A stretch of DNA of 36,233 nucleotides from Dysosmobacter segnis (GCA_963616545.1 CAVELT010000065.1:1-36233), one strand, 5' to 3'; numbered from the stretch's first letter, positions 1 to 10,878 are shown. Numbers and translations: made by a program. Notes: generated from the letters alone by a model not told the origin.

Positions 1-1384
1 CATTGGTCATCCCGGCATAGAGCTTCTGATCGATCAGCACGCGGCTCACATAGACGCCGGCTGCCGGCAGAGACTTTCCCGGAGAGGGGATAATGTTGGC
101 GGTCGGAAAACCGAGCACCGCCCCGCCGAGCTTTTTGCCGTGGACCACGACGCCGGCCATGCAGAAGTAGCGTCCCAGAAGCTCCCGGGCCTTCCGTACA
201 TTGCCCGCAGAAATTTCTTCCTTTATAAAGCTGCTGGAGATTTCCCGCACATTGCCCGCTTCATCGGTGACCTCCCGCTTCTTCAGAACATGCACCGTAT
301 AGCCGAAGCGCGCAGCATCCTTTTCAAGGAGAGCCGCATTTCCCTCTGCCCTGTAGCCGAAGCTGCAGTCGGTTCCCACCACGATGTCCGCAGCATGCAG
401 GCCGTTCACCAGAACCCGCTCCAGAAAAACCTCCGGCGGCATGCACATGGTCTCCTTCGTCATGGGAAACTCAAAGAGATAGTCAAAGCCCTGATTCCGA
501 AGCCGGGTCAGATGCTCTGCCGCGGTGGAAATCACCGGATGATGTGTGTCGCTGACCAGATTGGCCGGATTCTGGGAAAACGTAAGAACTGCCGTTTTCA
601 GATTCTTTTCTTTCGCGATCCGGAAGACCTCTTCAAAGATGATCTGGTGTCCCCGATGGCCGCCGTCGAATTTTCCGAAGCAGGCCACGGTCGGCACCGG
701 TACATAAACCGGCGGCAGCAGGGCCTCGGAAAGCCGTCCCTCTTCCGAAAGCTTCTCCAGCTCGCCGAGCTTCAGGCTGTCCTGAATACAGAATGCACCG
801 ACTCTTGTGCGCTTCAGTGCCGTCATGACTGCACCGCAGCCAAGCTTGGCGCCGATGTCCGCACAAAGCGTACGGATATAGGTGCCCTTGCCGCAGCGCA
901 CGGAGATCCGCACCCGGGGCATGGCAATTTCCAGAATCTCAATGGAGAAGATGCTGACTCTGACGGCCTTCCGCTCCACCACTCTTCCCTTCCGGGCAAT
1001 GTCATAGAGCTTCTGACCGTTGATCTTCTTGGCACTGTACATGGGCGGAACCTGTTCATACTCTCCCACCATGGACTGCACCGCTTCCCGCAGCACTTCC
1101 TCCGTGCAGTCGGGTACGCAGCGGGTCAGGATCGTGCCCGTGCTGTCCTCGGTATCGCTGGTCAGTCCCAGCTCAAATTCCGCCTCATAGACCTTGTCGG
1201 TGCCGGTGATATCCGACACCAGCTTGGTGGCCTTTCCGGCACAGACCACGAGCACGCCCTCGGCCATGGGATCCAGCGTTCCCGTATGCCCTATTTTCTT
1301 TTCATGGAGAATGGCCCGGAGCCGCTTCGTCACATCAAAGCTGGTCCAGCCCTTCTCCTTGTATACATTTATAATTCCATCCAT
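1..1384 (-). CDS. truB-ribF: TruB-RibF fusion (tRNA pseudouridine-55 synthase catalytic domain fused to FAD synthetase/riboflavin kinase); 3'-partial
   Basis: Manual translation from ATG at 1384 (TAATG overlap with the nrnA stop) gives MDGIINVYKEKGWTSFDV...HTGTLDP...QVPPMYSAKK...GTYIRTL. The frame continues without a stop into GKFDGGHRGHQ (codon at 676) and GFPTAN. It is missing from the ORF track because it has no stop inside the window. Confidence 0.93.
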   Translation of the reverse strand, partial: MDGIINVYKEKGWTSFDVTKRLRAILHEKKIGHTGTLDPMAEGVLVVCAGKATKLVSDITGTDKVYEAEFELGLTSDTEDSTGTILTRCVPDCTEEVLREAVQSMVGEYEQVPPMYSAKKINGQKLYDIARKGRVVERKAVRVSIFSIEILEIAMPRVRISVRCGKGTYIRTLCADIGAKLGCGAVMTALKRTRVGAFCIQDSLKLGELEKLSEEGRLSEALLPPVYVPVPTVACFGKFDGGHRGHQIIFEEVFRIAKEKNLKTAVLTFSQNPANLVSDTHHPVISTAAEHLTRLRNQGFDYLFEFPMTKETMCMPPEVFLERVLVNGLHAADIVVGTDCSFGYRAEGNAALLEKDAARFGYTVHVLKKREVTDEAGNVREISSSFIKEEISAGNVRKARELLGRYFCMAGVVVHGKKLGGAVLGFPTANIIPSPGKSLPAAGVYVSRVLIDQKLYAGMTN

Positions 1385-2376
1385 TATTTCGTATCCGCAG
1401 GACGTCTGCTCTGAAACTGCGGGTCGTCCATCTGCAGAGAAAGCTGCTTCATGACATTGTTCAGCACATCACGATAGGAGCCCTGCAGGGTGCAGCCGGC
1501 CGCCATTTTATGGCCGCCGCCGCCGAAGGCCTGGGCCACCCTGGAGACATCCAGCATGGGATTGTTGGAGCGAAGGCTCACCTTGTAGATCTGGTTTCCC
1601 ACCTCATAGGCAAAAACCGCGCCGTCCACATCCCGGGTCTCCCGCATGGTGCCGACGATGCCGTCAATGTCCTTGGTGCTCACATGATAGAAATGCATGT
1701 CCTTCATGGTCAGCCATCCGGCAAGAATCCGCTTCTCCATCAGCAGCATGCTCTCCATCAGCACACGCCCGGTCACCTGCTGCTGTACATAGCTCCGCAT
1801 ATAGAAGCTGTCGTCGATGATGCTGCCGAAATCCACTCCCAGGCTCATCAGGAAGCCCGCGATCTCCATGGTATGCTGTGAGGTGCAGGAGTACTTGAAC
1901 ACACCCGTGTCGTGCACGAGACCCGTATAAAGACAGGTCGCCGCATCCAAATCAATGTCCTCCCGCTCCATCAGGTCAAACACCACCTCACAGGTGCTGG
2001 AGGCCTCCGGAAAAATCGAAGCATGCGCATATCTTGTGTCGTTCGTCACATGATGATCCGCCACATAGAGCTCTGCCGCATTCTTCGCCAGAACACCGTA
2101 GTCCCCCAGCCGGTCGAAGCCCGCACAGTCACACATGATGCAGAGGTCGTATTTTCGCTCTGACGGGATGTGGATAATGCTGTCGAAGCCCGGCAGATAG
2201 GCGAATTTCGCATTTGCCTCCTGAAGATAAACATTAACCCGCTTCTCCGGGAACCGCTTCTTGATATAGGCTCTGGTGCCCAGGGTAGAACCCAGACAGT
2301 CGCCGTCCGGGTTCGTATGTCCCACAATGCAGATGTCCTCTGCCGCCTGAATCAGCTGATTAAACTCCTCTTTCAT
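1384..2376 (-). CDS. nrnA: DHH/DHHA1 bifunctional oligoribonuclease/pAp phosphatase
   Basis: Motifs HTNPDGD, DHH, DTG and GGGGH; canonical position between rbfA and truB. Confidence 0.93.
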   Translation of the reverse strand: MKEEFNQLIQAAEDICIVGHTNPDGDCLGSTLGTRAYIKKRFPEKRVNVYLQEANAKFAYLPGFDSIIHIPSERKYDLCIMCDCAGFDRLGDYGVLAKNAAELYVADHHVTNDTRYAHASIFPEASSTCEVVFDLMEREDIDLDAATCLYTGLVHDTGVFKYSCTSQHTMEIAGFLMSLGVDFGSIIDDSFYMRSYVQQQVTGRVLMESMLLMEKRILAGWLTMKDMHFYHVSTKDIDGIVGTMRETRDVDGAVFAYEVGNQIYKVSLRSNNPMLDVSRVAQAFGGGGHKMAAGCTLQGSYRDVLNNVMKQLSLQMDDPQFQSRRPADTK

Positions 2377-2381
2377 GGCTT

Positions 2382-2804
2382 TCAGAAATCCTCTTCCTCA
2401 TCATCTGCATACATATTGTCGGCATTCACCGGAAGACCCACGGGACGCTCTGCATCCTCGCGGCTCACCTTGCCGATCAGTGCATCCATTCGTGCACCGT
2501 ACTCCACGGAATGATCCGCCTTGAACTGAAGCTCCGGTGTATGCCGAAGATTCAGGCCCTGGGCCAGACCGCGGCGCAGGAAGCCTGCCGCCGCCCGAAG
2601 TCCCTCCAGGGTTCTGTCCATGGCATTCTCGTCGCCCAGCACCGAAACATAGACCTTGCAGTACTGAAGATCCGGGGTGAGCTCCACCCCGGTCAGATTG
2701 GTCATGGGCGAAACCCGGGGATCCTTCACATCCCGGATGAGGGTGGACAGCTCACGCCGCACATCCTCATTTCGTCTCTGATATTTAAAATTCTGTTTTT
2801 TCAA
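2382..2804 (-). CDS. rbfA: Ribosome-binding factor A
   Basis: [28 protein letters not shown] start overlaps the infB stop. Confidence 0.96.
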   Translation of the reverse strand: MKKQNFKYQRRNEDVRRELSTLIRDVKDPRVSPMTNLTGVELTPDLQYCKVYVSVLGDENAMDRTLEGLRAAAGFLRRGLAQGLNLRHTPELQFKADHSVEYGARMDALIGKVSREDAERPVGLPVNADNMYADDEEEDF

Positions 2805-5500
2805 CGCTTAACCTCTTCCATTACATAGACCTCGATCTGGTCATCCACCTGAAGATCGGAGAAGCCCTCGAAGACAAGTCCGCACTCGTAGCCGGTCTTG
2901 ACTTCCTTCACATCGTCCTTGAATCTCTTCACAGATGCAATCTCACCCTCGAAGATCTGCTCCTCGCCGCGGGTGATTCTGGCCTTGGCGCCGCGCTGTA
3001 CCATACCGTCAAGCACATAGGAGCCGGCAATGGTGCCCACACCGGAGGACTTGAAGATCTGCCGGATCACAGCGTGACCGATCACCTTCTCCTCGTATAC
3101 CGGCGCCAGCATGCCCTTCATGGCATTCTCGATATCCTCGATGGCCTTGTAGATAATGTTGTAGAGACGCACATCCACGTGCTCGCGGTCTGCGGTTTCC
3201 TTCGCCGTAGCATCCGGCTTCACGTCGAAGCCGATGACGATGGCGTTGGAAGCACTTGCCAGAGTCACATCGGACTCGTTGATGGCACCTACGCCGGAGT
3301 GGATCACCTTGACCTGAACCTCGTCGTTCTTGATCTTCTCCAGGGAATCCTTCACGGCCTCCACAGAGCCCTGTACATCGGCCTTGACGATGATCGGCAG
3401 CTCCTTGATCTCGCCGGCCTTGATCTGGTCGAAGAGAGCATCCAGAGAAACCTTCTTCTTGGACTCCTCCACCATTCTCTGCTTGTTCTCGGTGACGAAA
3501 GCGGAAGCATAGGCCTTGGCCTCCTTCTCGTTGTCCTTCACCTGGAAGATCTCACCCGCATTGGGTACGGAGTTCAGACCCAGAATCTCCACCGGCATGG
3601 ACGGTGTCGCCTTCTTGATGCGCTCGCCCTTGTCATCGATCATGGCACGAACCTTGCCGTAGGCAGAGCCTACCGCCACGACGTCACCCACATGCAGCGT
3701 ACCCTTCTGTACCAGAAGACGTGCCACAGAGCCGCGTCCCTTGTCCAGCTCGGCCTCGATCACCACGCCGTAGGCCTTTCTGTTCGGGTTGGCCTTCAGC
3801 TCCATCACATCGGCCTCCAGGGCAATGTTCTCCAACAGGTTGTCCAGGCCCTCGCCGGTCTTTGCGGATACCGGACAGCAGATGATATCTCCGCCGTAAT
3901 CCTCCGGCACCAGGTTGTACTGCATCAGCTCCTGCTTTACGCGCTCCGGATTTGCCGTCGGCTTATCGATCTTGTTGATGGCCACGATCACCTGGGTGTT
4001 GGCAGCCTTTGCATGGTTGATGGCCTCAACGGTCTGCGGCATGATGCCGTCGTCGGCAGCCACCACCAGTACAGCGATATCGGTGGACTGGGCACCGCGC
4101 ATACGCATGGCAGTGAAGGCCTCATGGCCCGGCGTATCCAGGAATGTGATGATACGATCCTCGCCGTTGACATTTACCTTTACCTGGTAAGCACCGATGG
4201 ACTGGGTGATGCCGCCGTGCTCGTGGGAGGTGACATTGGTATTCCGGATCGCATCCAGGATGGAGGTCTTACCATGGTCAACGTGACCCATGACGCAGAC
4301 AACGGGCGGTCTGGAAACCAGATCCTCCTCGGCATCCTCTTCGCTGTCCTTCACCATCTCGGCGATGACATCGATCTTCTCCTCCTGCTCGCAGAGAATG
4401 TCATACTCAACCGCAATGTTCTCTGCCTCCTCATAGCTGAGCTCGGAGTTCAGTGTTACCAGCTTGCCCTGCATGAAGAGCTTCTTGATGATCTCAGCCG
4501 GCTTCAGCTTCATCTTGTCGCTGAGCTCCTTGATGGTAATGGACTCCGGAATGGTGATGGACTTGATCTCCTCCTCAACCGGCTTCACTACCTCCGGCTT
4601 AATGAAGGCACCCTTGCCATTCTTTCTCGGCCCCTTGTGTACGTTCTGATCATCTCTCTCGTAGCTCTGCTGTGCACCGTACTTGTTCTGCTTTCTGGTG
4701 TTCCGGTTCTTCTGAGAAATAGCTGCCTTCTCATTCTCGAAGCTCTTGCCGCCGTAGGTCTTCTTCTGCGGCTTTGCAGCATCATGCCGCTGGGTATTCT
4801 TCTTCTCTACGATATCCGGCGCTGCCTGCGCACTGTCCTTTCTCGGCGCAAAGCCTCTGCGCTCGCCGTTCTGCGGTCTCTGCTGACCGTCCGGACGCGG
4901 GCCTCTTCTGTCTCCGGTCTGCGGACGTCCGTTTCCGGTTCTCGGGCCGCGGTCTCCCTGCGGACGCGCACCGTCGCGGCGCTCGCCGAAGCTTCTCCGC
5001 TCACCGGTCTGCGGGCGTGCCGGACGGGCATCTCTGCTCTGTGCCGGTCTCTGGGTCTCAGCGGGCTTCTTCTCTGCCAGCTGTGCCTTTGCCAGACGCT
5101 CACGCTCCTCACGGGCCTTCGCCTCTGCCTCCTGCTGCTTTCTCAGCTCCTCGGCAGCCTGGCGCTCGCGCTCCAGACGAAGTGCCTCTTCCTTACGCTC
5201 TCTCTCCTCTTCCTGACGCTGGATCTCGTTCAGCTCACGAAGGGTCTTTACCCGTGCCGTTCCCGGAGGCAGCGGCCGTCCGTTCGGAGACTTTCTCTGC
5301 GCCGGCTTCTCAGCTGTCTTCTCACCGCTCTTCGCCTTATCTGAAAAGCGACTGCCGAGCGGATGATTCTTATGATTTACGGAATTCTGTGAGTGGAACA
5401 CAACAGCAAGCTTCTTTTTCTTCGGAGCCGCATTCTCCTTCGGGGCATTGCCCTTTTCATTCCTGCCGTTTGTTCCGTTCTCTCTCATTTCATCTGCCAT
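2801..5500 (-). CDS. infB: Translation initiation factor IF-2
   Basis: [16 protein letters not shown] and NKID GTPase motifs; C-terminal GYECG. Confidence 0.99.
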   Translation of the reverse strand: MADEMRENGTNGRNEKGNAPKENAAPKKKKLAVVFHSQNSVNHKNHPLGSRFSDKAKSGEKTAEKPAQRKSPNGRPLPPGTARVKTLRELNEIQRQEEERERKEEALRLERERQAAEELRKQQEAEAKAREERERLAKAQLAEKKPAETQRPAQSRDARPARPQTGERRSFGERRDGARPQGDRGPRTGNGRPQTGDRRGPRPDGQQRPQNGERRGFAPRKDSAQAAPDIVEKKNTQRHDAAKPQKKTYGGKSFENEKAAISQKNRNTRKQNKYGAQQSYERDDQNVHKGPRKNGKGAFIKPEVVKPVEEEIKSITIPESITIKELSDKMKLKPAEIIKKLFMQGKLVTLNSELSYEEAENIAVEYDILCEQEEKIDVIAEMVKDSEEDAEEDLVSRPPVVCVMGHVDHGKTSILDAIRNTNVTSHEHGGITQSIGAYQVKVNVNGEDRIITFLDTPGHEAFTAMRMRGAQSTDIAVLVVAADDGIMPQTVEAINHAKAANTQVIVAINKIDKPTANPERVKQELMQYNLVPEDYGGDIICCPVSAKTGEGLDNLLENIALEADVMELKANPNRKAYGVVIEAELDKGRGSVARLLVQKGTLHVGDVVAVGSAYGKVRAMIDDKGERIKKATPSMPVEILGLNSVPNAGEIFQVKDNEKEAKAYASAFVTENKQRMVEESKKKVSLDALFDQIKAGEIKELPIIVKADVQGSVEAVKDSLEKIKNDEVQVKVIHSGVGAINESDVTLASASNAIVIGFDVKPDATAKETADREHVDVRLYNIIYKAIEDIENAMKGMLAPVYEEKVIGHAVIRQIFKSSGVGTIAGSYVLDGMVQRGAKARITRGEEQIFEGEIASVKRFKDDVKEVKTGYECGLVFEGFSDLQVDDQIEVYVMEEVKR

Positions 5501-5819
5501 TCACACTACCTCCGTCCAAAATACGTTTCATCTGCTCTGCAAAGCCATCATCCTCCACGGCGATGGATGAGCGTTCCTCTCTTCCCATGGCGTGCCCCAG
5601 GTCCTCCTTCGTGCCGTAAACGCAGAAGGGGATTTCCCGATATGTCGTCATGTTCCGGAATTTCTTCTTGGTATTCTCTGATGCATCCTCCGGAACGATC
5701 ACCAGTCTGGCCCGCCCCTCCTTCACGGATTTCTCCGCGGAGAATTCGCCGGACCGTATTTTGCCGGCCCGCATAGCGAGCCCCAAAAGTCCATAAAATC
5801 TATTCTGCAAGCTGTTCAA
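5490..5819 (-). CDS. ylxQ: L7Ae-family RNA-binding protein
   Basis: [11 protein letters not shown]...[10 protein letters not shown]...LGHAMG; operon synteny. Confidence 0.92.
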   Translation of the reverse strand: MNSLQNRFYGLLGLAMRAGKIRSGEFSAEKSVKEGRARLVIVPEDASENTKKKFRNMTTYREIPFCVYGTKEDLGHAMGREERSSIAVEDDGFAEQMKRILDGGSVNGR

Positions 5820-6066
5820 GCTCCTCCCGAAGCTGCCGGTAGATCTGACTGTCCACCTCTGCCTTAAAGGATCTCTGCAGCGCCTTCCGTTTTTCTGCCT
5901 TTTCCAGGCAGTCCGGATTCATGCAAATGTAGGCGCCGCGGCCGTTCTTTCTGCCGCTCGGGTCCAGAGAAAACACCCCCTCCGGACTCCGCACAATGCG
6001 CAGCAGTTCGCTTTTATCCTTTTTCAATCCACAGCCGATACAGCTTCTCTGTGGTATTTTCTTCAT
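5800..6066 (-). CDS. ylxR: YlxR/RnpM-family (DUF448) RNA-binding protein
   Basis: PQRSCIGC, LLRIVR, GRGAYIC; operon synteny. Confidence 0.94.
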   Translation of the reverse strand: MKKIPQRSCIGCGLKKDKSELLRIVRSPEGVFSLDPSGRKNGRGAYICMNPDCLEKAEKRKALQRSFKAEVDSQIYRQLREELEQLAE

Positions 6067-7280
6067 TCCTCTGCTGTATCCTCATCCGCTGCAGCAGCTT
6101 CCTCTGCCGCAGTCTCCTCAGACTCGTCATAAGCCGCATCCTCATCGTAGTCTGCAGTCTCATCGTAGTCTGCATCCTCCTCATCGGCCTCCTCGAAGCT
6201 GCCCTCTCCGTGATAGTCAATGCCCATCTCGTCGAATACACCCTGCTCCTGTGCCTGAGACTCAGACTTGATGTCGATCTTGTAGCCGGTCAGCTTGGCT
6301 GCCAGGCGGGCATTCTGTCCTTCCTTGCCGATGGCCAGTGACAGCTGTGTATCCGGCACGATGACCATGGCATCCTTGTTGTCCTGGTCTGCGATCACGG
6401 CGATGACCTTTGCCGGTGACAGCGCATTCTCAATGAGGTAAGCCGGGTTCTCATCATAGTTGATGATATCGATCTTCTCACCCCGAAGCTCTTCAACCAC
6501 GGAGTTCACACGAGTTCCGTTCAGACCGACGCAGGCACCTACCGGATCCACATCCGGATCATGGGAAAGCACTGCCATCTTGGTTCTGGAGCCGGCCTCA
6601 CGGGCAATGGCCTTGATCTCTACGATACCCTCACGAACCTCGGAAACCTCTTCCTCGAAGAGACGCTTCACCAGCTCCGGATGGGTTCTGGAAATCATCA
6701 CGCGCGGGCCTCTCTGAGAATCCCGCACCTCAACCACATATACCTTGATGCGGTCGTTGGGCTCCAGGGTCTCGCCCCGTACCTGCTCGTTCTCGGAGAG
6801 ATAGCCGTCCACCTTTCCGAGATTCACGATCACGGACTTGCCGGTATCCCGCTCCACAGTGCCGGTAACCACTTCCTTCTCCATGGAATAGTACTCATTG
6901 TACAGAAGCTTGCGCTCTTCCTCGCGGATCTTCTGGACAATAACGCCCTTTGCGTTCTGGGCCGCGATACGGCTGAAGCTCTTGGAATCGATGGGAACCT
7001 GCACGATCTCTCCCAGCTCATACTTAGGATCCAGCATCTTCGCCTCAATCAGGGAAATCTCCGCAATGGGGTTTGTCACCTTCTCCACCACCGTCTTGTC
7101 TGCGATCACAGAATAATCGCAGGTATCCGGATTCATGTTCACACGCACATTGTCCGCTGTGCCGAAGTGGTTCTTGCAGGCTGTCTGCAGAGATACCTCG
7201 ATGGCCTCGATCAGGGTCTGCTTTGAAATACCCTTTTCCTTCTCCAGCAGCTCAAGTGCCTCCTTCAGTTCTGTATTCAT
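6063..7280 (-). CDS. nusA: Transcription termination/antitermination factor NusA
   Basis: AREAGSRTKMAV, DPVGACVG, AIGKEGQNARLA; S1/KH architecture; acidic tail. Confidence 0.99.
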   Translation of the reverse strand: MNTELKEALELLEKEKGISKQTLIEAIEVSLQTACKNHFGTADNVRVNMNPDTCDYSVIADKTVVEKVTNPIAEISLIEAKMLDPKYELGEIVQVPIDSKSFSRIAAQNAKGVIVQKIREEERKLLYNEYYSMEKEVVTGTVERDTGKSVIVNLGKVDGYLSENEQVRGETLEPNDRIKVYVVEVRDSQRGPRVMISRTHPELVKRLFEEEVSEVREGIVEIKAIAREAGSRTKMAVLSHDPDVDPVGACVGLNGTRVNSVVEELRGEKIDIINYDENPAYLIENALSPAKVIAVIADQDNKDAMVIVPDTQLSLAIGKEGQNARLAAKLTGYKIDIKSESQAQEQGVFDEMGIDYHGEGSFEEADEEDADYDETADYDEDAAYDESEETAAEEAAAADEDTAEE

Positions 7281-7338
7281 CTTCTTTTGTCCTCCTATAT
7301 CTCATCGCTCCCGCAGAGCGTGATTTCTACTTATATAA

Positions 7339-7650
7339 TTATTCTGCAGACTCTTCGCCGTTTTCTTCCGCTTCTTCAACGGGCTCCTCATTCGCCGGAT
7401 TCTTGAAGCCGAGGGAGCAGACCTCCAGCATATACTCCTCATCAATGAAGTCTTCCTTGTCCAGCCACTTGGAAAGCCGCCGGGACACTGCCGCACAGTC
7501 ATTGACCGTCATATCCGCCCCGTCCGTCCGGCAAATGAAGGCACGCAGAAAATGTGTGCCGCTCTCCACCGTGAAGGTGACGCTGTCCAGCTCATATCCC
7601 ATCTCAGGCAGGATCGAGTGCAAATAGTTTTCTACTCTCTCAGTATACAT
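7339..7650 (-). CDS. rimP: Ribosome maturation factor RimP, N-terminal domain only (103 aa)
   Basis: GYEL...LRAFI...DCAAVSRRLSKWLD...YMLEVCSLG; GGAG RBS before ATG 7650; first gene of the nusA-infB operon. Confidence 0.85.
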   Translation of the reverse strand: MYTERVENYLHSILPEMGYELDSVTFTVESGTHFLRAFICRTDGADMTVNDCAAVSRRLSKWLDKEDFIDEEYMLEVCSLGFKNPANEEPVEEAEENGEESAE

Positions 7651-7704
7651 GGCAATCTCCCGGCACAGGCAATACCCGCGCAATCATACTCCGTGATATC
7701 AAGC

Positions 7705-7734
7705 AAAAGGAGCAAGCGAATCGCCTGCTCCTCT
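7705..7734 (-). promoter_or_regulatory. rimP leader hairpin (terminator-like attenuator)
   Basis: GGAGCAGGCG-ATT-CGCTTGCTCC followed by TTTT, between the predicted promoter and rimP; matches the position of the known Firmicute rimP leader. Confidence 0.7.
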
Positions 7735-7758
7735 AACTAGTCAATCAATAACATACAC

Positions 7759-7787
7759 ACTATAGCACGCACCCGGGGTGAATGCAA
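7759..7787 (-). promoter_or_regulatory. Sigma-A promoter of the rimP-infB operon
   Basis: TTGCAT-17 bp-TATAGT with extended -10 TG. Confidence 0.75.
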
Positions 7788-7808
7788 GTGTTTTTACGCA
7801 AAGTCCCA

Positions 7809-9059
7809 TTACTCCTTGCTGTTCAGCAGCATCGGAATCTCGGCAAGAGACACGATGCGGTAGCGGAATTCCGCTCTGGAGCCGGCATTCTCCTTCAGCT
7901 TTCTGGCAATACGCTGGTAGATGATGCCGCAGTCCTCCTTCTTGGTGCCGATCAGCAGCACCAGATACTGGGATGCGGAATACTTCGTATAAACATCGCC
8001 CTGACGAAGGCCGTCGGAAAGAGCCTTCTGCAGCGCCTCCGCTCTGGTGGCCAGCTTCTCCTGGTTGGTGATGGGCTTGCCCTCATAATCCACAAGGGTA
8101 CAGAGCATCATGAAAATGCTGCTGCCCCGACGCGCCAGGTTGCGCCGCAGCACATGGTACACGTCCACGAAGCTGGAAAAGGCACAGTAGTAAGAGCCCA
8201 CATGATGATTCTCATTGCTCCGCTTCAGCGCTGCATCCCGGCGCAGAATGCTGGTCTGGATCTCTTCGATGTCGTCACTGGTGACCTTCACATCGTCATA
8301 GATCCGGTTGTAGCAGTCAAGCAGCTCGTCCGGAAGGGGAACCTCCAGCTCCTCCAGATAGTACTTGGCGGTCTTGTTGTAGAGCTCGTAGGCCTCCTTG
8401 AACTCGCCCTTCAGAATCAGCGCATCGATCACCTGAATCTGCCAGCCTCTGTCGGGGTAAATGACATTGGCCTTCTTGTACAGCTTGTGCAGTGCATCGT
8501 AGTCTGCCCGCTCGCGGTAATGATGGCCCAGGAAATCCACGAGCAGCTCATAGCTCCGGCGGAGCTGTACACTCTCGATGATGACCCAGTAATCGGTGGA
8601 GAAGTCCGGCAGAAGCTCGCCCTTATAGAGCTCAAAGGCCTGCTGATAGAGCGCTGCCTTTTCCTCCTCATCCGTGCTCTTCTCTGCCTTTGCGCAGAGA
8701 TCCCGGAAGTCGAAAAGATCCACCTCGATCTCATAGCCGGGGATATCCTCCAGAGAATAAACGCCCTTCTTTCCTTCGATGAACTTCTTGCCCGGTACAC
8801 CGCCCTTCTTCAGCTGTGTACGCGCCTGGTGCAGAAGATTGTTCAGGCTGTTGTTCTCATCCAGCAGATCCTTATAGCCGAAAACGCCGTCAATCAGCTC
8901 ACGCTTGGTGATGCCGTTTTCCTTATTCATAATAACGATCTGCAGGAGCTTCAGAAAGTTCGCCTTGTTGTTGGTGCCAAGGCCAACCTGCTGGTCATCC
9001 ACCATCATGGAAAACCGCCCCAACATCTCTATGTAGATCTTATGCTTATCTCCGCTCAT
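7809..9059 (-). CDS. SARP/BTAD-domain transcriptional regulator with degenerate GGDEF-like C-terminal domain
   Basis: IEMLGRFSM winged-helix start, LLHQARTQL, EVDLFDF, AFELYKGELLP (BTAD); C-terminal LRQGDVYTKYSASQYLVLL. GGAG RBS favours ATG 9059. Confidence 0.85.
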   Translation of the reverse strand: MSGDKHKIYIEMLGRFSMMVDDQQVGLGTNNKANFLKLLQIVIMNKENGITKRELIDGVFGYKDLLDENNSLNNLLHQARTQLKKGGVPGKKFIEGKKGVYSLEDIPGYEIEVDLFDFRDLCAKAEKSTDEEEKAALYQQAFELYKGELLPDFSTDYWVIIESVQLRRSYELLVDFLGHHYRERADYDALHKLYKKANVIYPDRGWQIQVIDALILKGEFKEAYELYNKTAKYYLEELEVPLPDELLDCYNRIYDDVKVTSDDIEEIQTSILRRDAALKRSNENHHVGSYYCAFSSFVDVYHVLRRNLARRGSSIFMMLCTLVDYEGKPITNQEKLATRAEALQKALSDGLRQGDVYTKYSASQYLVLLIGTKKEDCGIIYQRIARKLKENAGSRAEFRYRIVSLAEIPMLLNSKE

Positions 9060-9112
9060 AGCTTCTCCCATCTGAATCCTTGCTTTCATTCAGCTTTTGC
9101 CGCTGTGTTTCT

Positions 9113-9141
9113 ACTATAATCGCAAAATGCCCACTTGTAAA
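9113..9141 (-). promoter_or_regulatory. Sigma-A promoter of the BTAD regulator
   Basis: TTTACA-17 bp-TATAGT. Confidence 0.65.
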
Positions 9142-9167
9142 CATAAAAACGAATGAAAAGCATGTAA

Positions 9168-9198
9168 ATTTAAGAGCAGGCCTGTCAGACCTGCTCTT
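9168..9198 (-). terminator. Putative intrinsic terminator after pyrG
   Basis: AAGAGCAGG...CCTGCTCTT stem about 20 nt after the pyrG stop; weak U-tract. Confidence 0.55.
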
Positions 9199-9217
9199 CT
9201 GTAATGGTAGTATTCTT

Positions 9218-10813
9218 TTATTCCGCAAGGCTCGCTGCCACAAGGCCCGTGAAAAGCGGATGGGCATTGGTGGGACGGGACTTGAATTCCGGATGCGCCT
9301 GGGTGCCCAGGTAGAAGGGATGGTCCTTCAGCTCGATCATCTCCACGATCCGCTTGTCCGGAGACATACCCGGCAGCATCATGCCCGCTGCCCGGAGCTG
9401 ATCGCGATAATCGTTGTTCACCTCATAGCGGTGACGATGCCGCTCGGAAATCTCCGCTGCACCGTAAAGGGCTCTGGCCTTTGTGCCTTCCTCCAGCACG
9501 CAGGGATATGCACCGAGACGCATGGTGCCGCCCAGATCCGTCACATCCTCCTGCTCCTTCATGAGGTGGATCACCGGATGGATGGTGTTGGGATCGAACT
9601 CTGCAGAGTTGGCATCATGGAAGTTCAGCACATTTCTTGCGAATTCAATGATGGCGATCTGCATGCCGAGGCAGATGCCGAGGTAAGGAATGCGGTTCTC
9701 ACGGGCATACTGTGCCGCCTGAACCATGCCTTCGATGCCGCGGTTGCCGAAGCCGCCGGGGATCAGCACGCCCTTCACGCCGGCAAGAAGCTCTGCAGCA
9801 CCCTTCGCCTCGATCTCCTCAGAATCCACCCAGCGAATGTTCACCTTCGCATGGTTGGCAATGCCGCCGTGCTTCAGTGCCTCTGCCACACTGATGTAGG
9901 CATCATGCAGCTGTGTGTACTTTCCGACAATGGCAATCTCTGTTTCCTTCGCCGGATGACGGAGCTTGTCCAGCATCTCGTTCCAGTCGGTCAGATCCGG
10001 CTCCGGACAGGGCAGGTGCAGGCACTCGAGAACGGCCTGTGCCAGCTGCTCCTGCTCCATGAGAAGAGGAACCTCATAGATATACTCTGCATTGGTGTTC
10101 TGCAGCACATGGTTGCAGGGCACATTACAGAACAGCGCGATCTTGTCCTTGATATCCTTCGGAATGTCATACTCGGTACGGCAAACCAGAATGTCTGCCT
10201 GAAGGCCGAGGTGCTGCAGCTCACGCACGCTCATCTGGGTGGGCTTGGTCTTCAGCTCGCCGGAGGCATGAAGATACGGCACCAGCGTCACATGGATCAT
10301 GATGGCATTCTCTGCACCCTTATCCTGCCGGAACTGACGAATGGCCTCCAGGAAGGGCTGGGACTCGATATCACCTACCGTGCCGCCCACCTCAATGATG
10401 GCAATTCTATCCTCCTCCGGATCCTCGGAACGGAAGAAGCTGTTCTTGATCTCGTTGGTGATGTGCGGAATCACCTGCACAGTGCCGCCGCCGAAGTCGC
10501 CGTGACGCTCCTTGTTCAGCACAGACCAGTAAATTTTGCCGGAGGTGACATTGGCCTTCTTGTTCAGGCTCTCATCAATAAAACGCTCATAGTGGCCGAG
10601 GTCAAGATCCGTCTCCGTGCCGTCGTCTGTTACGAAAACCTCACCATGCTGGATGGGATTCATGGTACCCGGGTCAATGTTGATATACGGGTCAAACTTC
10701 TGCATGGTCACCTTGTAGCCGCGGGCCTTCAGAAGACGGCCGAGAGATGCTGCCGTGATTCCCTTTCCGAGGCCGGATACCACGCCGCCAGTTACAAATA
10801 CATACTTAATCAT
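9218..10813 (-). CDS. pyrG: CTP synthase
   Basis: [39 protein letters not shown]; the start is ATG 10813 with a GGAGGG RBS. Confidence 0.99.
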   Translation of the reverse strand: MIKYVFVTGGVVSGLGKGITAASLGRLLKARGYKVTMQKFDPYINIDPGTMNPIQHGEVFVTDDGTETDLDLGHYERFIDESLNKKANVTSGKIYWSVLNKERHGDFGGGTVQVIPHITNEIKNSFFRSEDPEEDRIAIIEVGGTVGDIESQPFLEAIRQFRQDKGAENAIMIHVTLVPYLHASGELKTKPTQMSVRELQHLGLQADILVCRTEYDIPKDIKDKIALFCNVPCNHVLQNTNAEYIYEVPLLMEQEQLAQAVLECLHLPCPEPDLTDWNEMLDKLRHPAKETEIAIVGKYTQLHDAYISVAEALKHGGIANHAKVNIRWVDSEEIEAKGAAELLAGVKGVLIPGGFGNRGIEGMVQAAQYARENRIPYLGICLGMQIAIIEFARNVLNFHDANSAEFDPNTIHPVIHLMKEQEDVTDLGGTMRLGAYPCVLEEGTKARALYGAAEISERHRHRYEVNNDYRDQLRAAGMMLPGMSPDKRIVEMIELKDHPFYLGTQAHPEFKSRPTNAHPLFTGLVAASLAE

Positions 10814-10878
10814 AGAGTCCCTCCGGTATGATGCTGAGTTGATGCGATGATCTGAAACCTGCAAATAGTAAAACATAA

